In this document: positions 57,580 through 64,000 of the stretch, one piece after another
How positions within the stretch are numbered: position 1 is the stretch's first letter
How the letters are laid out: each line of letters starts with the position of its first letter
Source of the DNA: Sphingobacteriales bacterium
GTDB lineage: Bacteria; Bacteroidota; Bacteroidia; Sphingobacteriales; Sphingobacteriaceae
Assembly: GCA_004294495.1 (NCBI GenBank)
Contig: REAS01000042.1
Coordinates: 12,670 to 76,669 of the forward strand
Direction of reading: 5' to 3'
Length of the DNA: 64,000 nucleotides
Translations under genes and position numbers: made by a program
The notes under the pieces: generated by a model
Seen by the model: only the letters and a program-made list of their open reading frames with translations
Databases searched by the model: none
Told to the model about the DNA's origin: nothing

Positions 57580-59283
57580 ATGCGCAAACTATCATACCCA
57601 AAAAAAACTGTTTTAATAACTATTTTTTCGGGTTTAACTTTACTTTTTTTCTCTTTTAGAGATGACCTTTTTCAGATAAGTAAAAACCTAGACATTTTCT
57701 CGTCTATATATAAAGAGCTAAATATGAGCTATGTTGACGAGGTTAATCCAGCACACATTATTAAAACAGGTATTGATGCAATGTTGGATAACCTAGACCC
57801 ATACACCGAATTTGTACCCGAAGCCGATGTAGAAGATTACAAAATGAAATACGTAAGCACCCAGTACGGTGGTATTGGTGCGGGTGTTTTTTACCGTAAC
57901 GGCAAGGTTTATATTTCGGATGTGTTTGAGGGTTTTCCGGCACAAAAGGCAGCTATTAAAGCGGGCGACGAAATTATATCTATTGATGGTGTAATATTAA
58001 AAGGCAAAAACAGCGAACAAGTTAGTTTACTTTTAAAGGGCCCTAGAGAAACCGCATTAAAAATAAACATTGGTAGAGATGGCAAAACTATAGAAAAAAA
58101 TATTTTTAGAGCCGAAATTAGTCAGCCAAACGTAAGTTATTACGGCATAATGGATAACAATGTGGGCTATATTAAATTAGATAAATTTTTAGAAAATGCA
58201 GGGCAAGAAGTTAAAACTGCTTTGATTGAATTGAAAAAAAGTAATCCCACGGGTATAGTTTTAGATTTGCGTTACAACGGTGGAGGCATTTTGCAAGAAG
58301 CTGTAAAAATTGTAAATTTATTTGTAGCTAAAGATGTTGAAGTGGTTTTACAAAAAGGCCGCAATAAAGAGAAAACCATCAATTATAAAACCTATTTACA
58401 ACCTATTGATGCACAAATTCCACTTGTTATTTTGGTTAATGGGCGGTCGGCATCTGCTTCAGAAATCGTTGCCGGGTCTCTACAGGATTTGGATAGGGCT
58501 GTAATAATTGGTCAACAAAGTTTTGGAAAAGGGCTTGTACAACAAACCTTTAACCTGCCTTACAATAGTTTAGTGAAAATTACCGTAGCAAAATATTATA
58601 CCCCATCGGGCAGGTGCATACAGGCTTTAGATTATGCCCACCGAGCCGAAGATGGTATGGTAAACAAATTTTCGGATTCGCTAAAAACCGAGTTTAAAAC
58701 TAAAAACGGTCGCTCGGTTTATGATGGAAGTGGCATTTATCCCGATATTTTTGTTGAACGTTACCAATATCACCAAATTACGCAAGCCTTGTTAAGCAAA
58801 TATTTGTTGTTTGATTTTGCTAACGATTTTGTGAACAAAAACCCACAAATTGCCCCCGCTAAAGATTTTAATTTAACAGATGCCAATTACGCTAACTTGA
58901 TAACTTTTTTGGGAAATAAAGATTATAGTTACCAAACCGAAACCGAAGCGCTATTGCAAAACTTACTTAAACAAGCCGAAAAAGAGAAGACATATCCTAA
59001 AATTAAAACCGAATTAGAAACACTAAAAGCTAAAGTTGCTTCCATTAAAAAAGAGGATTTAACACAGTTTAAACCCGAAATTAAAAGAGTTTTAGAAAGC
59101 GAAATTGTACAAAGGTACTACTACGAAAAAGGCAAATCTCAACAAGCTTTTCAATACGATAAAGAATTAAAAGAAGCAGTAAAACTATTTAATAACCTAG
59201 TGAATTATAGTTCGATTTTAAAAGGTGAAAGTAATTTTAAAGTTATAGGTAAGCCTGGTAAAATGTTGGTTCAGGAAGATTAA
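57580..59283 (+). CDS. S41 family C-terminal processing peptidase with PDZ domain
   Basis: 567 aa with a signal anchor and a PDZ segment (GFPAQKAAIKAGDEIISIDG). Also has DLRYNGGG, NGRSASASEI and SFGKGLVQ. Confidence 0.85.
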   Translation: MRKLSYPKKTVLITIFSGLTLLFFSFRDDLFQISKNLDIFSSIYKELNMSYVDEVNPAHIIKTGIDAMLDNLDPYTEFVPEADVEDYKMKYVSTQYGGIGAGVFYRNGKVYISDVFEGFPAQKAAIKAGDEIISIDGVILKGKNSEQVSLLLKGPRETALKINIGRDGKTIEKNIFRAEISQPNVSYYGIMDNNVGYIKLDKFLENAGQEVKTALIELKKSNPTGIVLDLRYNGGGILQEAVKIVNLFVAKDVEVVLQKGRNKEKTINYKTYLQPIDAQIPLVILVNGRSASASEIVAGSLQDLDRAVIIGQQSFGKGLVQQTFNLPYNSLVKITVAKYYTPSGRCIQALDYAHRAEDGMVNKFSDSLKTEFKTKNGRSVYDGSGIYPDIFVERYQYHQITQALLSKYLLFDFANDFVNKNPQIAPAKDFNLTDANYANLITFLGNKDYSYQTETEALLQNLLKQAEKEKTYPKIKTELETLKAKVASIKKEDLTQFKPEIKRVLESEIVQRYYYEKGKSQQAFQYDKELKEAVKLFNNLVNYSSILKGESNFKVIGKPGKMLVQED

Positions 59284-59304
59284 AGAAGCCTTTTCCCAAT
59301 CTTT

Positions 59305-59715
59305 TTAAGTTAAAAAAATCATCCTTTTTTTCTCTTCTAAAACAGTAATTTTCACTTTAACACAATTTGGCGGCAACAAATCTGGAATTTTTTCGGGCCA
59401 TTCTACAAAGCAGTATGCACCCGAATAAAAGTATTCTTCGTAACCTAAATCTAAAGCTTCGGTTTGGTTTTTTAATCTGTAAAAATCAAAATGAAAAATT
59501 TCATCTTGTTTGGTTTGGTATTGGTTAACAATAGAAAAAGTTGGGCTACTGGTATGCTCAACCACTCCTAAGTGTTTACAAATTGCATTAATGAGGGTAG
59601 TTTTTCCCGCTCCCATTTCGCCATAAAACAAAAAAACTTTATTTTGTGTAGCAAATTCAATAATTGTTTTTGCTGTTTTTATAAGTTGGCTTTCGCATTC
59701 AATTTGTATTTCCAT
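59305..59715 (-). CDS. tsaE: tRNA t6A37 biosynthesis ATPase TsaE
   Basis: 136 aa with GEMGAGKTTL, SPTFSIVN, HFDFYRL and VEWPE. Confidence 0.85.
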   Translation of the reverse strand: MEIQIECESQLIKTAKTIIEFATQNKVFLFYGEMGAGKTTLINAICKHLGVVEHTSSPTFSIVNQYQTKQDEIFHFDFYRLKNQTEALDLGYEEYFYSGAYCFVEWPEKIPDLLPPNCVKVKITVLEEKKRMIFLT

Positions 59716-59723
59716 TAATATAA

Positions 59724-61277
59724 CTACTTGTTTTTGTAAGTTATAAAAGGTATTATAACTTCTTCTAAAGAAACTCCACCGTGTTGAAAAGTTTCGTTGT
59801 AGTAGTTTACAAATTGGTTATAATTGTTTTGATATACAAAATAACTATCTTCTTTTGCAAAAATAAAACTTGAGCTTACGTGTAATTTAGGTAAAAGTGC
59901 ATCGTGTGGGTTTTTAATTTGAAATACTTCTTTTGGTGTAAAATTTAAGTTTTTACCCTGTTTGTAGCGCAAATTTGTATTTGTGTTTCTGTCGCCAATT
60001 ACTTTGCTTGGGCGTTTTACACGTATGGTTCCGTGGTCGGTTGTAATTACCACTTTTACCTTTTTTTGCGAGAGTTTTTTTAGCAGTTCTAACAATGGCG
60101 AATGCTCGAACCAAGAAAGCGTTAATGACCTATAAGCTGCATCGTCGTTGGCTAATTCGCGTATCATTTGCATATCGGTACGGGCATGCGAAAGCATATC
60201 AACAAAATTATAAACAATGGCGTTTAAATCATTACCCATTAGGTTATTTAAAGTATCGTTAAGGTCTTTCCCTTGGTCGAAAGTTAAAATTTTATGGTAC
60301 GAGTGTTTAATATCTTTACGTAAAATGCGTTTAATTTGATCGTCTAAAAAGTAAGATTCAAATAAATTTTTACCGCCTTCATCTTCATCGTTTTGCCATT
60401 TATCAGCAAATCTTGTTTCCATTTCTAGAGGCATTAAGCCCGAAAATATAGCATTTCGAGCGTATTGTGTTGCAGTTGGTAAAATGCTGTAATAAATATC
60501 TTCTTCTTCAAGTCTAAAATATTCGGAAATTATAGGGTTAATAATTTTCCATTGGTCGTACCTTAAATTATCTATTAAAATAAAAAAAACAGGTACACCA
60601 TCGGTAAGTAAAGGAAAAACTTTCTTTTTAAATAATTGGTGCGAAAGCGTGGGTGCACTTTCTTGGTTTTTTATCCAACCCAAATAGTTTTTTTCAATAA
60701 ATTTACAAAACTGCATATTGGCTTCAGCTTTTTGCATAGTTAAAATCTCATGCATGCCAGCATCTTCCAATTGCTCTAACTCCAACTCCCAAAAAACCAA
60801 TTTTTTATAAACATCAATCCACTCTTGGTAGGTAAGATTATCGTTTAAAGTAGCACCTAAACTTCTAAAATCTTGCTGGTAAGCCATTGATGTTTTAGCA
60901 CTAACCAAACGCTTATTATCTATTAGTTTTTTAATAGTTAATAATATTTGTTTAGGATTTACGGGTTTAATTAAATAGTCATCTATTTTTGAACCTATGG
61001 CATCTTCCATCAAATGCTCCTCTTCACTTTTGGTAATCATTACTACTGGCACATCCGGATTTATGTTTTTTATTTCGGTAAGTGTTTCAAGACCAGTTAA
61101 ACCAGGCATATTTTCATCTAAAAAAACCAAATCAAAATCTTTGTTTTTAAAAATTTCTAAAGCATCGTTCCCATTTGTTGCAGTTGAAATGGTATAGCCT
61201 TTATCGTTCAAAAAAAGAATATGGGGTTTTAACAAATCAATTTCGTCATCGGCCCATAATATATTAGTAGTGTTCAT
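59724..61277 (-). CDS. porX: response-regulator receiver fused to PglZ/alkaline-phosphatase-like domain (PorX-type)
   Basis: 517 aa with an N-terminal REC domain (ILWADDEIDLL..., DLVFLDENMPGLTG) and a large C-terminal PglZ-like domain (TTDHGT). The architecture matches the T9SS regulator PorX. Orthology was not tested. Confidence 0.65.
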   Translation of the reverse strand: MNTTNILWADDEIDLLKPHILFLNDKGYTISTATNGNDALEIFKNKDFDLVFLDENMPGLTGLETLTEIKNINPDVPVVMITKSEEEHLMEDAIGSKIDDYLIKPVNPKQILLTIKKLIDNKRLVSAKTSMAYQQDFRSLGATLNDNLTYQEWIDVYKKLVFWELELEQLEDAGMHEILTMQKAEANMQFCKFIEKNYLGWIKNQESAPTLSHQLFKKKVFPLLTDGVPVFFILIDNLRYDQWKIINPIISEYFRLEEEDIYYSILPTATQYARNAIFSGLMPLEMETRFADKWQNDEDEGGKNLFESYFLDDQIKRILRKDIKHSYHKILTFDQGKDLNDTLNNLMGNDLNAIVYNFVDMLSHARTDMQMIRELANDDAAYRSLTLSWFEHSPLLELLKKLSQKKVKVVITTDHGTIRVKRPSKVIGDRNTNTNLRYKQGKNLNFTPKEVFQIKNPHDALLPKLHVSSSFIFAKEDSYFVYQNNYNQFVNYYNETFQHGGVSLEEVIIPFITYKNK

Positions 61278-61391
61278 ATTTATTTTTTAGTATCAGATAA
61301 AACTGTAATTTTAAATTTGTTTACTATTATACCTAAGTGTATAAGCGGTTAAGTTAAGTAACAATTTTTGAGCCACCTAATTTATTAGCAT

Positions 61392-62612
61392 TTGAATAAG
61401 AATAAAATAATTAACGACCCTGTTTACGGTTTTATTAGCATTAAAACACCTTTAATTTTCGATGTTATAGAACATCCTTATTTTCAGCGCTTAAGATATA
61501 TTAAACAATTAGGTATGACGCATTTGGTTTACCCAGGGGCTTTGCATACCCGGTTTCACCACGCTTTAGGTGCAATGCATTTAATGCAATTGGCAGTAGA
61601 ACATTTACAAAGTAAAGGCCACCTTATAACAAATGATGAATGTGAAGCTGCCTGCATTGCTATTTTATTACATGATATTGGCCACGGCCCTTTTTCACAC
61701 GCATTAGAACATAGTATTGTAAAAGGTATTTCTCATGAAGATATTGGCAAACTAATTATATCTAAAATAAACGACGATTTTAATAATAGACTTTCTTTAG
61801 CTCTGCAAATTTTTAATAATAATTACTATAAAAAGTTTTTGTACCAATTAATATCCGGTCAGTTAGATTTAGATAGATTAGATTATTTAAACCGAGATAG
61901 TTTTTTTAGCGGTGTTACCGAAGGTATGGTAAGTTCGGATAGGATAATAAAACTCCTAAACATAAAAAATGGGAACTTAGTGGTTGAAGAAAAAGGAATT
62001 TACTCTATCGAAAAGTTTCTAATTGCCCGTAGGTTAATGTATTGGCAAGTGTATTTACACAAAACTGTTATTGCTGCAGAGCAAATGTTGGTTAAAATTT
62101 TAGAACGAGCCAGAGAGTTAGCCAACAACGGAACCGAACTTTTTGCAACCCCCACATTCAAACATTTTTTGTACAACACAGTTTCTATAACTCATTTTAT
62201 AAATGAAATTCAACATATTAATAATTTTGTTAAACTTGACGATAGCGATATAATGGCTAGCATTAAAGTTTGGTGCAACCATACCGATTTTATTTTAAGT
62301 ACATTATGTAATAATTTAATAAACCGCCAGCTTTATAAGGTTGAAATTAGTACAGGTATTCCCGATTTTGAGAAAACAGAAAGCTTAAAACAAAAAATAA
62401 GCGAAAAATTAAACATTAATTACAAAGATTCTTCCTATTTTATTTTTACAGATATTATAAATAATGTAGCCTATAATACTAGGCAAGGTAACATAAATGT
62501 TTTGATGAAAAACGGTGATTTACAAGACATTACTATTGCATCCGACTATTCAAATCTAGAGGCTTTGGCTAAATCGGTAACCAAAAATATTTTATGTTAC
62601 ACTAAAGTTTAA
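61392..62612 (+). CDS. HD-domain phosphohydrolase (dNTP triphosphohydrolase-like)
   Basis: 406 aa, TTG start, with RFHHALGAMHL, LLHDIGHGPFSH and DLDRLDYLNRD. Confidence 0.75.
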   Translation: MNKNKIINDPVYGFISIKTPLIFDVIEHPYFQRLRYIKQLGMTHLVYPGALHTRFHHALGAMHLMQLAVEHLQSKGHLITNDECEAACIAILLHDIGHGPFSHALEHSIVKGISHEDIGKLIISKINDDFNNRLSLALQIFNNNYYKKFLYQLISGQLDLDRLDYLNRDSFFSGVTEGMVSSDRIIKLLNIKNGNLVVEEKGIYSIEKFLIARRLMYWQVYLHKTVIAAEQMLVKILERARELANNGTELFATPTFKHFLYNTVSITHFINEIQHINNFVKLDDSDIMASIKVWCNHTDFILSTLCNNLINRQLYKVEISTGIPDFEKTESLKQKISEKLNINYKDSSYFIFTDIINNVAYNTRQGNINVLMKNGDLQDITIASDYSNLEALAKSVTKNILCYTKV

Positions 62613-62676
62613 AACTTTATGTTGATATTTTATCCTAACAATTTGTTCATTTAATATTAACAGTTAATTTTACCCA

Positions 62677-63723
62677 ATGCAATTTACTGCAAACCAAATT
62701 TGTTTATTACTTAACGGCTCCTTAGAAGGGGCTGCCGATGCGGTAATTTTAAACTTAGCAAAAATTGAAGACGCTAAAACAGGCGATTTATCTTTTTTAG
62801 CTAATCCAAAATATGCGGCGTTTTTATACACTACCCAAGCCTCAATAATTATTGTTAACAACGATTTAGTTTTAGAAAAGCCAATATCGGCTACTTTAAT
62901 AAGAGTAAACGATGCGTATAGTGCTTTTTCAATATTTTTAGAAAAATATAATACCCTTAAACTAAACAAAACCGGCATAGAACAACCTTGTTTTATACAC
63001 CCAAGTGCTATAATTGGGGATAATGTTTACATAGGTGCATTTGCTTACATAGGGGCAAATGCTATACTTGGCAAAAATTGCAAAATTTATCCTCAAACCT
63101 ATATAGGCGATAATGCTACTGTAAATGATAATACCACTCTTTTTTCGGGAGTAAAAGTTTACCACGATTGTGTTATTGGTAAAAATGTTATTATACACGC
63201 TAGTACTGTTATTGGTAGTGATGGCTTTGGATTTGCTCCTTTGCCCGATGGCACTTACAAAAAAATTAGCCAAATAGGTAACGTAATTATTGAAGATGAT
63301 GTAGAAATTGGTGCAAACACGTGTATTGATAGGGCTACAATGGGGTCAACAATAATTAAAACAGGCGTAAAATTAGATAACCTAATACAAATTGCACACA
63401 ATGTGGAGGTTGGTAAAAACACCGTTATTGCATCGCAAACAGGCGTATCTGGCAGTACAAAATTAGGACAAAACTGCATTATTGGAGGGCAAGTAGGTGC
63501 AGTAGGTCATATTACAGTAGCAAACGGATCTCAAATACAAGCAAAATCAGGTATTAACCGCAGCATTATTGAAGAGGGTAAAAAATGGGGAGGTGGCTTT
63601 GTTACCCCTTTGCACAATTATTTAAAATCTACCGCAATTATTAATAGATTGCCAGAGCTTGACAAAAAAATATTTGAATTAGAAAAACAATTAAATCAAT
63701 TAAAATCTCAAAGCAATTGCTAA
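62677..63723 (+). CDS. lpxD: UDP-3-O-acylglucosamine N-acyltransferase
   Basis: 348 aa with left-handed beta-helix hexapeptide repeats. GSDGFGF and IAHNV are typical of LpxD. Confidence 0.9.
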   Translation: MQFTANQICLLLNGSLEGAADAVILNLAKIEDAKTGDLSFLANPKYAAFLYTTQASIIIVNNDLVLEKPISATLIRVNDAYSAFSIFLEKYNTLKLNKTGIEQPCFIHPSAIIGDNVYIGAFAYIGANAILGKNCKIYPQTYIGDNATVNDNTTLFSGVKVYHDCVIGKNVIIHASTVIGSDGFGFAPLPDGTYKKISQIGNVIIEDDVEIGANTCIDRATMGSTIIKTGVKLDNLIQIAHNVEVGKNTVIASQTGVSGSTKLGQNCIIGGQVGAVGHITVANGSQIQAKSGINRSIIEEGKKWGGGFVTPLHNYLKSTAIINRLPELDKKIFELEKQLNQLKSQSNC

Positions 63724-63745
63724 TATTGCTTTAAGCAAAATAAAA

Positions 63746-64000
63746 ATGAATTTGAAACAAAGAACCATTAAATCCGAAGTATCTGTTAGTGGCTTAGGCT
63801 TGCATACAGGCGTATCGGTAATTATGACATTTAAGCCAGCACCCGATAACCACGGTTATAAATTTAAACGTATAGATTTACCCAACCAACCCATTATTGA
63901 TGCAGATGTTGATAACGTTACTGATACTTCACGTAGCACAACCCTATCGCAAAATGGTGCAAGTGTAAGTACTGTTGAACACGTTTTAGCGGCACTAGTA
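63746..64000 (+). CDS. lpxC: UDP-3-O-acyl-GlcNAc deacetylase (LpxC; usually fused to FabZ in Bacteroidota), 3'-truncated by the window
   Basis: Begins MNLKQRTIKSEVSVSGLGLHTGVSVIMTFKPAPDNHGYKFKRIDL...STVEHVLAAL. The frame is open to the window end. Confidence 0.85.
   Translation, partial: MNLKQRTIKSEVSVSGLGLHTGVSVIMTFKPAPDNHGYKFKRIDLPNQPIIDADVDNVTDTSRSTTLSQNGASVSTVEHVLAALV

Overview
The window is AT-rich, and its gene content points to Bacteroidota: PorX-type regulator, fused LpxC, futalosine pathway, TAnnTTTG-type promoters, FtsI with a PASTA tail, and a long FtsZ C-terminal tail. All protein calls were made by eye from the translated ORFs, with no database search. Most of the window is ordinary core genome. 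This includes rdgB, a LolC/E-like permease, mqnD-mqnB, queD, a carotenoid/isoprenoid/heme patch (GT2, DUF422-like, ispH, crtW-like, hemH), two FKBP isomerases, a Na+/solute symporter, metK, asd and a very large lamin-tail/Ig-repeat surface protein. A complete minus-strand dcw cell-division cluster follows (mraZ-rsmH-ftsL-ftsI-murE-mraY-murD-ftsW-murG-murC-ftsQ-ftsA-ftsZ, 29.7-45.3 kb). The right end carries a THUMP RNA methyltransferase, a DUF3127 protein, an SDR epimerase, an S41 peptidase, tsaE, porX, an HD hydrolase and lpxD-lpxC. The unusual part is a roughly 9.5 kb accessory segment (about 45.34-54.83 kb) between the mraZ promoter and the THUMP methyltransferase gene. Reading left to right, it contains: (i) a phased array of eleven 21-bp iteron-like repeats, interrupted by 83-bp tandem repeats that each carry a 31-nt palindrome; (ii) a two-gene operon encoding a ParB/Srx-fold protein and a protein with a degenerate Mrr-like nuclease motif; (iii) four same-orientation copies of a 165-bp imperfect-palindromic element that split the region into small cassettes, mostly toxin-antitoxin modules, several of them decayed; (iv) a degenerate duplicate of the 3' end of the THUMP gene, followed by two glycosyltransferase-type genes. 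I consider the cassette array with its folded repeats, and the ParB-like/nuclease-like pair, the best candidates for an undescribed system. Both are inferences that need genome-wide and comparative checks. Smaller accessory scars are an IS256-family transposase remnant (2.5 kb), an ABC-ATPase remnant plus a ParE/RelE module just downstream of ftsZ (28.7-29.5 kb), and a YoeB module (9.9-10.3 kb). I recognised no rRNA, tRNA or CRISPR array.
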